A stretch of 64,000 nt of DNA. Source: Longimicrobiales bacterium (lineage in GTDB: Bacteria; Gemmatimonadota; Gemmatimonadetes; Longimicrobiales; Gaopeijiaceae). The position numbers and the translations under genes are program-made. The stretch lies in assembly GCA_965219445.1 (NCBI GenBank), contig CBDCNQ010000004.1:832001-896000 (forward strand). The letters are read 5' to 3'. Shown piece after piece: positions 1-9,247 of this stretch. Every line of letters begins with the position of its first letter. Position 1 is the stretch's first letter. Below the pieces are notes generated by a model. The model was not told the DNA's origin. It ran no database searches and was given only the letters and a program-made list of their open reading frames with translations.

Positions 1-128
1 TCCATTCTGGGTCTCGCTCGTGTCCTGAAAGGCGATGCAGGGCCAGCTAGTTATACCTAAATCCAATCACCTTCCCTGGCGAACCCGTTGAGGACGACAC
101 GGGACCGCGCGTCTCAGGGCTAGACCTG

Positions 129-2028
129 ATCGGGATAGGGGAGGACCGGCGATCCCGGTCCTTCCCCTCCCACACCACCAGGCATGCGGGTCCGCACCTG
201 GCGGTTCGGTGAGTTGAGGTCAGTACGGCGTGAGCCGGGGCACACCCAGCTCGTCGAAGTACGCCCCTGGCAAGGCCGTGTGCAGGGCGTGGTGCGCGGC
301 CACGTGCCACCAGCTTCGCGCGAACCGAGCAGCTCGCCAGGCGAGGTTCTCGCTCACACCGCGAGCCCTCAACTCCCGGTACGCTGTCCTTCCCCGTTTC
401 CACTGGCGTAATTGCAACGTACGCAGCCGGCGGTGGATCCATTGGTCCAGGTCTCGGAAAACCCCCGGTGTATCCGCTAAGCCGAAGTATGCCTTCCACC
501 CCAGCACGTAGCGCCGTAGCTCTTCTGCCACCTGTTGCAGGCTCCGCCCGCCACTCCGGCTTGTAATCTGCCGGACTCGCTCCTTGAACTTCGTCAGGGC
601 CTTCTTGCTGACCCGGCGCTTCACGACCTTCCCTGCCGCTACCCAGAAGCTGTAGCCCAGGAACTGTCGATCCCACACTCGCGCCACCGCGCTCTTTTCC
701 TCGTTGACCTGAAGCCGAAGTTTCCCGTACAAGTGCCTCAGCGCCTGCATCACACGTTGTCCTGCCCGCCTCGACCGCACGTATACATTGCAGTCATCGG
801 CGTACCGGACAAACGCGTGTCCGCGTAGCTCCAACTCCTTGTCCACTTCGTCCAGGAGCACGTTCGCCAGCAACGGCGACAACGGTCCGCCCTGAGGCGT
901 CCCCATGTGCCGCTCCATCACCACCCCGTTCGCCATGACTCCGGCTTCCAGGTAGCGACGGAGGATCCGCAGCATCGCCTTATCCTCGATCCGCTTTGCC
1001 AGCCGCCCCATCAGCACGTCGTGGTTCACCCGGTCGAAAAACTTCTCCAGGTCCACATCCACCACCCATCGTCTCCCTTCCTGGATGTATTGCTGCGCTT
1101 CGCGCACCGCATCGTGTGCTCGGCGCCCAGGCCGGAAGCCGTGGCTGTGCCGACTGAACGTCGGGTCGAACCTCGGTTGCAGCACCTGCAGGATGGCTTG
1201 TTGGATGAACCGGTCCAGCACGGTCGGAATCCCCAACTCCCGGACCCCTCCCCCACTCTTCGGTATCTCCTGCCTTCGTACCGGCTTCGGTTGGTAGGTC
1301 CCCGCCAGCAACCGCTGTCGGATCTCCCCCCAGTGCCTGCGCAAGTACTCTGGCAGCTCCTCCACGTTCATCCCGTCGATGCCCGGACTGCCCTTATTCT
1401 GCCGCACGCGTTTCAACGCTCCTACGAGGTTGGCACGCCCGACCACCTCCTGCATCAGGAGATGCTCGCTTCCTGAGCGCTCGTCTCCATGGGCCACCGT
1501 TCCGGCTTCGCCACTCCCCTCTACCTTCGGGGCTTCACCCCTATCCTCCAGTGGGAGCCCCAGTTGCCTGGACTCCTGGCGCATGGCCTTGCCGAGGTCC
1601 ACGGTCGTCACGCTCTCCTCTCCGTTCGGCCCTTCGTCCGACAAAGCTGGGTCCAAGCGCATCATGCACTTCGTCGGCCTACTATGGCCTCTGCTGACTT
1701 CTCGCTCCGCCGGCAGGCCCAACAGCGCAGTGCCGGCGTCACCCTTTCAGGCGTCAGGCGAGACCTCCCCGGGTAAGAACGATGACCTTCCCCGCACAAT
1801 CGCCGGATCTACGCCGCTTCCCCTTGGTCGCAGGAGCTTCGCGGTCAGTGGTCCGCTCGCCCCGGTCCGCAGCGCCTCGTATCCGGTTCCTGTTCGTCGA
1901 CTCACGGGTTCGTTTCACGCTTCGTTCAGCGTACGCCTCACGACGAACGCCTTGCGCTTCCCTTCGGTCCCTGCGACCAGGTTCCGGGAGGACTTTCACC
2001 TCCAAGTCATCGCCCATGCCGGGCCCAC
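129..2028 (-). mobile_element. Group II intron, class IIC, full length (~1.9 kb)
   Basis: Minus-strand 5' end GTGGGCCCGGCATGGG at 2028 (IIC consensus GTGYGCCCGGCATGG). After the ORF stop: domain V GAACCGCCAGGTGCGGACCCGCATGCCTGGTGGTGTG with a CGC triad, and domain VI ending CCTATCCCGAT at 129. Encodes an RT and lies just downstream of a GC hairpin. Confidence 0.92.
220..1611 (-). CDS. ltrA: Group II intron reverse transcriptase/maturase (no endonuclease domain)
   Basis: Motifs NKGSPGIDG, RELGIPTVLDR, SHGFRPGR, DLEKFFDRVNH, GTPQGGPLSPLL and YADD, plus a maturase X domain. GTG start at 1611 chosen for the GAGGAG RBS; the ORF is open to 1722. Confidence 0.95.
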   Translation of the reverse strand: MTTVDLGKAMRQESRQLGLPLEDRGEAPKVEGSGEAGTVAHGDERSGSEHLLMQEVVGRANLVGALKRVRQNKGSPGIDGMNVEELPEYLRRHWGEIRQRLLAGTYQPKPVRRQEIPKSGGGVRELGIPTVLDRFIQQAILQVLQPRFDPTFSRHSHGFRPGRRAHDAVREAQQYIQEGRRWVVDVDLEKFFDRVNHDVLMGRLAKRIEDKAMLRILRRYLEAGVMANGVVMERHMGTPQGGPLSPLLANVLLDEVDKELELRGHAFVRYADDCNVYVRSRRAGQRVMQALRHLYGKLRLQVNEEKSAVARVWDRQFLGYSFWVAAGKVVKRRVSKKALTKFKERVRQITSRSGGRSLQQVAEELRRYVLGWKAYFGLADTPGVFRDLDQWIHRRLRTLQLRQWKRGRTAYRELRARGVSENLAWRAARFARSWWHVAAHHALHTALPGAYFDELGVPRLTPY

Positions 2029-2044
2029 CACCAACCTGGACGAA

Positions 2045-2081
2045 CGCGGAGGGGGGCGGATGCCCCCCTCCGCGCTTTTTT
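2045..2081. terminator. Rho-independent terminator-like hairpin adjacent to the intron insertion site
   Basis: Perfect 13-bp stem CGCGGAGGGGGGC/GCCCCCCTCCGCG with a 4-nt loop. The T6 tract is on the + strand. Lies directly after the stop of the DUF4399 gene. Confidence 0.8.
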
Positions 2082-2088
2082 GCCAGGG

Positions 2089-2595
2089 CTACGGGACGAC
2101 GAAGCGTACGGTGTCGACCACCGTGGGGACCAAGGGCATGTGCGCCCCGTCGCCCACCACGGCGATCACCGTGTGTTCTCCAGACGTGAGATCTGTGAGT
2201 TCGTATTCGGTCTGCGCCTGCCCCATGTGGATGTGGACGCCCGGGGTCGAGGGAATCGGCATACCGCCAGCCGGAAGTGCGGCGTCCACCACCAGGTGAT
2301 GGTGGCCCGTTCCGGGGTCCATCGTACCCGCGGGCGCGATGGTCAGCCCTGAGACCTCCAGCGTCACCAGCACCGAACCGCCGGCCACCGTCGCTCCGTC
2401 GGCCGGCTGGGAGATCTGAACGGATGGGCCAGCCGCGGCGGGTGCACCCCCTTGTCCGCTCTCGGGCGCATCGCCACACGCGACGAGCACAAGTACGAGA
2501 GCACCGGCGGCCAGCCCTCTGACTCGTCCGTTCATTGCCGTTCGGACGTCAGGGGGTAGAGCGTGGCTTAGCAAGGCCATGACAGGCGAGATCAT
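2089..2595 (-). CDS. DUF4399-domain lipoprotein
   Basis: Lipobox LVAC; motifs GHHHLVVD, HIHMGQAQTE, GEHT and GDGAH. AGGAG RBS before 2595; alternative start 2535. Confidence 0.8.
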   Translation of the reverse strand: MISPVMALLSHALPPDVRTAMNGRVRGLAAGALVLVLVACGDAPESGQGGAPAAAGPSVQISQPADGATVAGGSVLVTLEVSGLTIAPAGTMDPGTGHHHLVVDAALPAGGMPIPSTPGVHIHMGQAQTEYELTDLTSGEHTVIAVVGDGAHMPLVPTVVDTVRFVVP

Positions 2596-2725
2596 TGCAT
2601 TACTCCTGGCGGGAGGAAGGGCTTCTCTTAAGGCTCTCGAAGGAGCAACCTATTCCCGGGCTACTGCAGCGGGCAATATGTGCATCCGCAGTTGATCTTA
2701 GCCGCCATCCGCACGCCACCCAAAC

Positions 2726-3958
2726 CTAATCGGCTGGCACGTGAGCTCGATCGGCGGGAACTGGGGAATGCTGCGAAGGCGCAGGGGTTTTGTCTTCGTG
2801 GAGGGTGGAGAGTCGAGGTTCCCATTCGCCCATCATCGCTATAAACGCATTGGCGAGTGCCCCGTCGAATTCGGTCCCGGATTTTGCCTCGATGTATGCC
2901 AACACCTTCTTGGCAGGCCACGGATCCCGGTAGGGGCGCTTCGTGCGTAAAGCGTCGTATACATCACAGACATGCACGAGCTTGCTGGCAAAATGGCAAT
3001 CACGAGGATACCGCAACGACGGATAGCCTCCACCGTCGATCATGATGTGGTGCTCGTACGCGACCGAAGCCGCCAGGTCCAGCTGTTGATCGGAAGTGAG
3101 GATGATGCGAGCTCCTTCAGCGGCATGTGAATTCATGATCTCCCGCTCTTCGTCGCTGAACCTTCCGGGTTTGTTCAGAATCTCTTTTGGGATCTTCACC
3201 TTCCCCAAATCGTGCAGCAGACCGGCTACCCCGACCGCACGGATATCCCGCCCATCGAACCCTACCCACTCGGCGAGCCCCATACTCAGGACGCTGACGT
3301 TCAAGGAATGTGTCGTCGTGTACTCGTCGAATTGGCGGAGCCGCAGCAGCGGCAGCATCATCTGCCGATCGTCATGCATGGCCACCGTGAGCGAGCGGAC
3401 CACGGCCTCGGCTTCCATCAAGGGCAGCTCGCCGCCCTCCTGCAGCACGTTGTGGACCCACACGACAGCCTCCGCCTCCTCGTTGAGGCTGAACGGAATG
3501 GTCTCCGTCGCGACCTCTCTCGCCTCCGGTTTTTCCTCCGGGGCGCTTTCGTCACCAACCCCCACCGCCCCGAAGCGAATGCCCGTCACCATCTCCTGCC
3601 GTGCTACCGACGAAGACGTGGGCCGGAGCGTGAGGCGGGCGACGATGTCGTCCAGGAGTGCGTCGAGTTCTTCGATCGAGATCGGGACACTCGAGTCGAA
3701 CTCCAGCCGCTGCATGCCAATTCCGGCGAGGCGACCACTCCACTCCCAGTCGCGCATCTCCCGAAGCGGTTGTTTCCCCAGAACAACCTCGTCCCCCAAG
3801 AACGAAAATACTGGCCGCTCGTCCACCGCAAGGAGATCTAACAACCGTTGATATGCGTCGGTGAGGGCGCCCTCCCTTCTTGCGTGCCCCGGGGGATACA
3901 GCGCCACCACGGCAAGCGCCCGCGCAAGCGCGTGCAAGAACTCCACCGCTTCAGACAT
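2726..3958 (-). CDS. HD-GYP domain cyclic-nucleotide phosphodiesterase
   Basis: YTTTHSLNV, LLHDLGK, YEHHxxxDGGGYP, DVYDALRTKRPYR. Confidence 0.9.
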   Translation of the reverse strand: MSEAVEFLHALARALAVVALYPPGHARREGALTDAYQRLLDLLAVDERPVFSFLGDEVVLGKQPLREMRDWEWSGRLAGIGMQRLEFDSSVPISIEELDALLDDIVARLTLRPTSSSVARQEMVTGIRFGAVGVGDESAPEEKPEAREVATETIPFSLNEEAEAVVWVHNVLQEGGELPLMEAEAVVRSLTVAMHDDRQMMLPLLRLRQFDEYTTTHSLNVSVLSMGLAEWVGFDGRDIRAVGVAGLLHDLGKVKIPKEILNKPGRFSDEEREIMNSHAAEGARIILTSDQQLDLAASVAYEHHIMIDGGGYPSLRYPRDCHFASKLVHVCDVYDALRTKRPYRDPWPAKKVLAYIEAKSGTEFDGALANAFIAMMGEWEPRLSTLHEDKTPAPSQHSPVPADRAHVPAD

Positions 3959-6077
3959 CTATGTCGTCTCCTTCTCGCGCTGCTTCTGCGATCTCGGGAT
4001 CGCGTCGCTGCCGAGCCAGGTCGAGCACCTTACGTACGCGAGGGTCGTAGGAGCTGGAGCGGAGTGCGCGGAGGGCCGCCAGATATATGGGATCCTTGGG
4101 AGGATGCTTGAGGCGGAATAGGCCCCGTTTGGGTTGGGTGATCTTCAGCAGTGCGGACAACGCCATCTCGTTGCCGACGGCTTCGAGGACGCGTATGGCC
4201 AAGAGGCGGATGTCCGTCGGTCCGGAAGAGGCCTGAGACACGACCCTCGAGAGCGCGGCAGGAGGACAGCTCTCCAAGGCCGCGGTGAGGGCAAAACGAA
4301 CCGTCTTCTCTTCCTCGTCGGTGAGCCCGCGGGTGATCGCTTTTTCGCGACCCTCCAGCAAGCGGGTGCCGAGCCGTACCGCTTCGTAACGCACGCGGTG
4401 ATCTTCATGTTGGAGGTAGCGATCTGGAATGAAGCCCTCGGGTACCGCGTCGGCTCCGTTGAGGAGCCACAACATGTTGCGCGTCACGTACCAGCGAGGA
4501 TCGTCGAGATGCCGGGTCGCTAGCGGCGCAACGTCGGGTTGCAGCATGACGAGCCGATCCATCAACAACCGCCGCACCTGTCGTGACTCCGTATCAACCA
4601 ACGCCTGCATCATCGGCTCGACAGCCGATTCGCCCACCAGTTCGATCAATGCGTCGAGAACAGTGGGATCCACGGCTTCGGTGTCGAGCAGCTGCTGCAG
4701 GAGTTTCCCAAACTCCTGGGTGCTGCCGACGAGGGACTGGGTCAGGGCGCTCGTCCTGTTGTCGGCGATGCGGGCGAGCAACCAAGACGCATCTTCCGTT
4801 TCGATGAGCTGCCTAACCGCGTTGGATACCGACTCTCCGACCACATCTATTTCGAACGCCATGTCCACGACGCGTCTTGGCTCCGCGTCGGCCAATCGTA
4901 TCCCTGCCGTGAAAGAGTCGGGATCGGCTGCGGACAGCTCGCTGAGCGCAGAGGTGTAATCCTTCGGGTTCGGGTCCTTTGGCGTCCAACCGGTGACCAG
5001 ATCGGAAACTTGCTCCTGAATGGATTCGAGAGCGTGTCGTCTCTTGATCCCGGTAGATCGGTCGGCATGCTGGGCGAGTTTTCCCAACATGCGGAGCATG
5101 GGATGTGAGACCCTTTTTTCTTCCGAGTGGGAGGCGGCTTCGATCAGACGGAGAACGGAGCCCCCCTTCATGCCCCGGGACGCGTTCACCAGGAATTGGT
5201 GCCGTTGTCCGCTGTCGCCGCCCATCTTGAGCAGCCGGGAGAGAGCATCCGGGTCCATCGCCGCTACCAGCTCCTCCATACGTTGGTTCAGTAGGACCGC
5301 CTCGGGACCGGTGGCGGTCTTCAGCTCCTGGACGATCTGGAGCAAGTAACCGACAATCACCTGATCGTATGCGTCGCTTTCGGAGTGTTCGGAGATGGCC
5401 CGCGCGACCGTCGCCGGGTCGCGCGACACCTCGTCGGTCTCCTCATCGGATGACGGGGCATCGTGCGCCGCCCGCGTCACCGCGGCTTTTGCCAACCCCA
5501 CCCAAAGCTGTGCGAACCGAGTGCGAGCTGCCCGGGCATCTCGATCTTCCTCAACGGTTCCGTCGTCGTCCAACAATCGGAGACTGTCATACGCAACCGG
5601 GTGCATATGGATGTTCGACTGTTGTTCTCTCCGCTCCTGCGGTCCCAGACCCAAGGGCTGTCCGGTGAGGTCGGGCTCCTCCGCCATGAGGTTGAGAAAC
5701 TGTATGACCTCGCGCTTGCTCACCCCCTGATGAAAGCTGACCGCACCCAGGTGATGCCGGCGCAACCGCTCCGCAAGCTCGCGCAGGAGAGGGTTGTTGA
5801 CGTCGGTTGCCACTCCCTCGATTACGAGCTGGTCTCTGGCGGCACCGATCGACAGGGTGCCCCTTTCTCTCAGTAAGTACTTGACCCGGTCGGTTACCTG
5901 CATCGCGGCGGGGTCCAGCGAAGGATGCCCGGGGGGATACATACCGTGTTGATGGATGCCGATCGAAAGCTCTATGAGAAACTCGCTGAGCTCGCGCGAC
6001 AAATTCGCCCCCGAAACATGAGGAGGGGCCGCCTGGTCAGGAGGCGTCGCTGGGCCGTTCTTTTCGGAAGGATTCAA
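3951..6077 (-). CDS. HEAT-repeat protein with N-terminal YPPGH domain
   Basis: C-terminal HEAT-like repeats (LDDPRWYVTRN, HEDHRVRYEA). Overlaps the HD-GYP start. TTG start uncertain. Confidence 0.8.
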   Translation of the reverse strand: MNPSEKNGPATPPDQAAPPHVSGANLSRELSEFLIELSIGIHQHGMYPPGHPSLDPAAMQVTDRVKYLLRERGTLSIGAARDQLVIEGVATDVNNPLLRELAERLRRHHLGAVSFHQGVSKREVIQFLNLMAEEPDLTGQPLGLGPQERREQQSNIHMHPVAYDSLRLLDDDGTVEEDRDARAARTRFAQLWVGLAKAAVTRAAHDAPSSDEETDEVSRDPATVARAISEHSESDAYDQVIVGYLLQIVQELKTATGPEAVLLNQRMEELVAAMDPDALSRLLKMGGDSGQRHQFLVNASRGMKGGSVLRLIEAASHSEEKRVSHPMLRMLGKLAQHADRSTGIKRRHALESIQEQVSDLVTGWTPKDPNPKDYTSALSELSAADPDSFTAGIRLADAEPRRVVDMAFEIDVVGESVSNAVRQLIETEDASWLLARIADNRTSALTQSLVGSTQEFGKLLQQLLDTEAVDPTVLDALIELVGESAVEPMMQALVDTESRQVRRLLMDRLVMLQPDVAPLATRHLDDPRWYVTRNMLWLLNGADAVPEGFIPDRYLQHEDHRVRYEAVRLGTRLLEGREKAITRGLTDEEEKTVRFALTAALESCPPAALSRVVSQASSGPTDIRLLAIRVLEAVGNEMALSALLKITQPKRGLFRLKHPPKDPIYLAALRALRSSSYDPRVRKVLDLARQRRDPEIAEAAREGDDIDV

Positions 6078-6191
6078 AGCTCGCTACGATTAAGCGGTTG
6101 GCGACCATGGTATATAACAAGATCATGCCGTCTACAGCTTCAACGCCACTTGTTTTTCGGGGGTCAACTTACAATGCGTGACGGTACTCCC

Positions 6192-7163
6192 ATGCGCCTC
6201 GGAGTGGTCGGAACCCTCGTTTGGGATACGATCAGCTATCGGGAGGGGCGACCCGAGCCGGTGGAAGAGTGGGGTGGAGTGGCGTATGCCTTGTCGGCTT
6301 TCGAGGCGACTCTCCCGGACAATTGGGAGATCGTACCCATCGTCAAAGTGGGGTCCGACCTGTCGGAGTCGGCCTGGAGATTTCTGCGATCCTTCCCGAG
6401 GATCGACGTGGAGACGGGGATCCGTGTCGTCCCCCAGCCGAATAACCGGGTGGAGCTCGTCTACACGGGGCCGGGGCGGCGTACCGAGCGCTTGAGTGGA
6501 GGAGTGCCTCCCTGGTTGTGGGCAGAGCTAGGGCCGTTGGCGGGGACGTGCGACGCCCTCTACGTAAATTTCGTCTCCGGCTTCGAGATGGAGCTGGATA
6601 CGGCTCGGTCCCTCCGAAGTGTGTTCCCCGGGCCTACCTACGCCGATCTACATTCACTCTTTCTGGGCGTCGGCCGAAGCGGCCTCCGCATCCCTCAGGA
6701 GTTGCCTTCGTGGGGAGCGTGGCTTCGGTGCTTCGACGCGGTCCAGATGAACGCCGAGGAGTTCGAGTTGCTCGGGCGGGCGATGGGAGATCCCTGGCAG
6801 CTGGCGGCTCAGATCGTGGGTCCCGAGTTGAAGTTGATCACCGTCACGCTCGGGCCCGAGGGGGCGGGGTACGTCGCGGGCCCCGCATTCAAGAGTGATC
6901 CTTTGCATTGGCCCGAAACCCGCCATCAAATGGCGATCCCCGGCCAAGCCCGCAGTGGAATCGCACCCGTCGAGGACGCCGAGGTGGTGGGGGATCCCAC
7001 AGGCTGTGGAGACGTCTGGGGGGCTACTTTTCTCGCCCGACTCTTAGGGGGGGATCAACTACAGCCGGCGATGATCCAGGCGAACCGGTTGGCGGCAAGA
7101 AACGTCGGTCATCAGGGCGCGAGCGAGCTGCACAAGTACCTCGGAGGTCGACTCTCCACCTAA
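6192..7163 (+). CDS. PfkB-family carbohydrate kinase-like protein
   Basis: N-terminal MRLGVVGTLVWD and WGG; C-terminal DPTGCGDVWGA matches the PfkB DxxGxGD signature. Alternative start 6174. Confidence 0.8.
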   Translation: MRLGVVGTLVWDTISYREGRPEPVEEWGGVAYALSAFEATLPDNWEIVPIVKVGSDLSESAWRFLRSFPRIDVETGIRVVPQPNNRVELVYTGPGRRTERLSGGVPPWLWAELGPLAGTCDALYVNFVSGFEMELDTARSLRSVFPGPTYADLHSLFLGVGRSGLRIPQELPSWGAWLRCFDAVQMNAEEFELLGRAMGDPWQLAAQIVGPELKLITVTLGPEGAGYVAGPAFKSDPLHWPETRHQMAIPGQARSGIAPVEDAEVVGDPTGCGDVWGATFLARLLGGDQLQPAMIQANRLAARNVGHQGASELHKYLGGRLST

Positions 7164-7218
7164 GGGGGCCCCTGAGGCAACCTGAAATCGCCGCAACCGT
7201 AGGGCAGGAAGCCGCCGT

Positions 7219-8394
7219 CTACGAGGTGTGGACCACACCCTCCTCGCCGCCTTCGGACGGTGCCTCGGTCTCTCCCCGAGCCAGCGGGTAGGTGAGCTGA
7301 CGCATATACCCATCCGGAACGGGGCTCCCGACGATACCGTACTCCTCCGGCCAGTCCGCTCCGGGAAGATGGTAGGTCCCGAAGATCCGATCGATAACAG
7401 GGAGGTGCGCGGCGAAGTTGCGATTGTACTTCCGGGCGCTGTGATGCCAGTGATGAAATTGTGGCGTCACGAGTAGGTAGCGCAGGGGACCGAACCCGAA
7501 TCGCAGGTTCGCGTGGTTGAGAATCCCCTGGAACGACGCCCAAGTGAGATACACGACGATCGCGGCATCCGAGAACCCCAAGACGTAGAGCGGTATGAAG
7601 CCGAATCCCCGGGTCACGACGATGTCCACCACATGGAGCCGCGACGCAGCCAGCCAATCCAGCAGTTCGCTGGAGTGGTGAATCGCGTGAAAGCGCCACA
7701 GGAACGGGATCTCGTGGAACATGCGGTGGGCGATGTAGGCAAAGAGGTCCGCAACGAACATCGCTTCCATGAACTGTAGCCACAGCGGCTGGGAAGAGAC
7801 CCACGCCTGTAGTGCGTCGGAAACGGCCCAGCGAAAGAAAACCACCGCCGGAAGCATGGTCGCAAGCACCGTGACCTGAACCAGGATATGGCTCACCCCG
7901 AAATGGGCCAGGTCCGTCCTCCAACCTTTTCGGAACACACGCTGATCCTGAAGTCTGGCGAAGAACCGCTCCAGGGGGACGAAGACGAGGGCCAAAATGA
8001 AGATCGAGAGCAGGAACCAGTCGAGGCCCAGGAAGGGCCCCTCGGCGATGGGTCCCTCGATCTCCACCCGCGATCCGCCAAGAGCGAGGGCGAGCGCCGC
8101 CAGGCCACCACCGGCCAACCCGCGTGACTTCCGTTCGCTCAGAATAAAGCTGATTAGACCCAGGGCCAAGGCGGAAAAGAGCACGAGATCGATGAGCAGG
8201 CGTATGGCCTCCATCGGGTAGCTCGCACGCGCGTCGGGTGTCGAGAAGATCCCGGGAAAGCGCAGCACCACAACCGCACCCAAGGCCAAGGATCCCAGGA
8301 AGATCGACAACACGCCGCTGATCTTCCCCTCGCCGAATCTGAACTCGGGCCTGGTTTCCTTGAACGAGGAATCCTGGACGTGATAGGTGCTCAT
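7219..8394 (-). CDS. Sterol desaturase / fatty acid hydroxylase family membrane protein
   Basis: His boxes HRMFH, HAIHHSS, HAN and HHWHHS; several TM segments. Confidence 0.9.
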   Translation of the reverse strand: MSTYHVQDSSFKETRPEFRFGEGKISGVLSIFLGSLALGAVVVLRFPGIFSTPDARASYPMEAIRLLIDLVLFSALALGLISFILSERKSRGLAGGGLAALALALGGSRVEIEGPIAEGPFLGLDWFLLSIFILALVFVPLERFFARLQDQRVFRKGWRTDLAHFGVSHILVQVTVLATMLPAVVFFRWAVSDALQAWVSSQPLWLQFMEAMFVADLFAYIAHRMFHEIPFLWRFHAIHHSSELLDWLAASRLHVVDIVVTRGFGFIPLYVLGFSDAAIVVYLTWASFQGILNHANLRFGFGPLRYLLVTPQFHHWHHSARKYNRNFAAHLPVIDRIFGTYHLPGADWPEEYGIVGSPVPDGYMRQLTYPLARGETEAPSEGGEEGVVHTS

Positions 8395-9116
8395 GACTTC
8401 GTCCCCTCACGGGCCTCGGGCCGTGGGCGGCCGATCGCCGCTCGAATGAGCCGTTCGGCCCTGCCGAAGAAGTCGACTCGATCGAGGATCACATTCATCC
8501 AGCCGTGTGTGACGCAGTAGCCATGCGTGTACGCGCTGTGGTGCAGGTCGTGCGCCTCGGGCGACAGGATGATGCCATGCCTTTGGAGCCACCGGACTCC
8601 GGGTGGGACACTCTGGGCGTGCGCCCACTTGTGGAAAATGTTCGTGCCCAGGGAGCCGAGCGCGAAGGCGAACAACAGCCCATGGATGAACACCGAGGCG
8701 GGATTCGTAACGTCGGGACCGCCGGCACTGAGAGCCAAGAGCAACGGGGGAATGATGATGATGTAGTTGGTGCTGTCCTGCTCTAGGAACCCGTATTCGT
8801 TGATGGCTTCGGGATGGTCGTGGTGATCACGAAACGGGTGGATGACGGTCCGGCCGATTAGCGGAGTATCGGGAGCAAAGAAAGAGTCGCAAAACCAATG
8901 GACGGTCCCTGAGAGGAGATCGGCCAGGAGATACCCGACGAGTGAGCCCGTGGCCAGCCAAGGCCAAGCCGAGGGCGTAAGCAGTGCATCGGCCAGCCCT
9001 ATGCTGAACATCCCGAGCACACTCACTGCAGCAACGAGCGCGCTCGCCTTCAGCACCGTGAGGGCACGGGGCTGATTGATGGGAAGCGGGGCGACTGTCA
9101 CCGGAGAATACGGCAA
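8391..9116 (-). CDS. CarF/TMEM189-family lipid desaturase
   Basis: Motifs DLLSGTVHWFCD, FRDHHDHP, FHKWAH, WLQRHGIIL, HDLHH and YCVTHGWMN. Confidence 0.85.
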   Translation of the reverse strand: MPYSPVTVAPLPINQPRALTVLKASALVAAVSVLGMFSIGLADALLTPSAWPWLATGSLVGYLLADLLSGTVHWFCDSFFAPDTPLIGRTVIHPFRDHHDHPEAINEYGFLEQDSTNYIIIIPPLLLALSAGGPDVTNPASVFIHGLLFAFALGSLGTNIFHKWAHAQSVPPGVRWLQRHGIILSPEAHDLHHSAYTHGYCVTHGWMNVILDRVDFFGRAERLIRAAIGRPRPEAREGTKS

Positions 9117-9247
9117 TGGGTAGTCAAGTCTCGTGGGTTTGCTTCAGCCAAACCTTCGCATGATCTCTACCACGCTGTGACGATATCTGCGCCGGGGCAA
9201 CGATCTTAGTTGCGTGGCTTGCCTCTTCCACCCACGATATCCGCACA

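Noticed and set aside
220..1722. RT as part of a DGR, retron or CRISPR-RT system
   Set aside because: It sits inside recognisable group IIC intron domains. No template/variable repeat pair, msr-msd or cas genes are visible.
2661..2708. Cys-rich micro-ORF MAAKINCGCTYCPLQ
   Set aside because: Only 15 codons, no convincing RBS and no modifying enzymes nearby.
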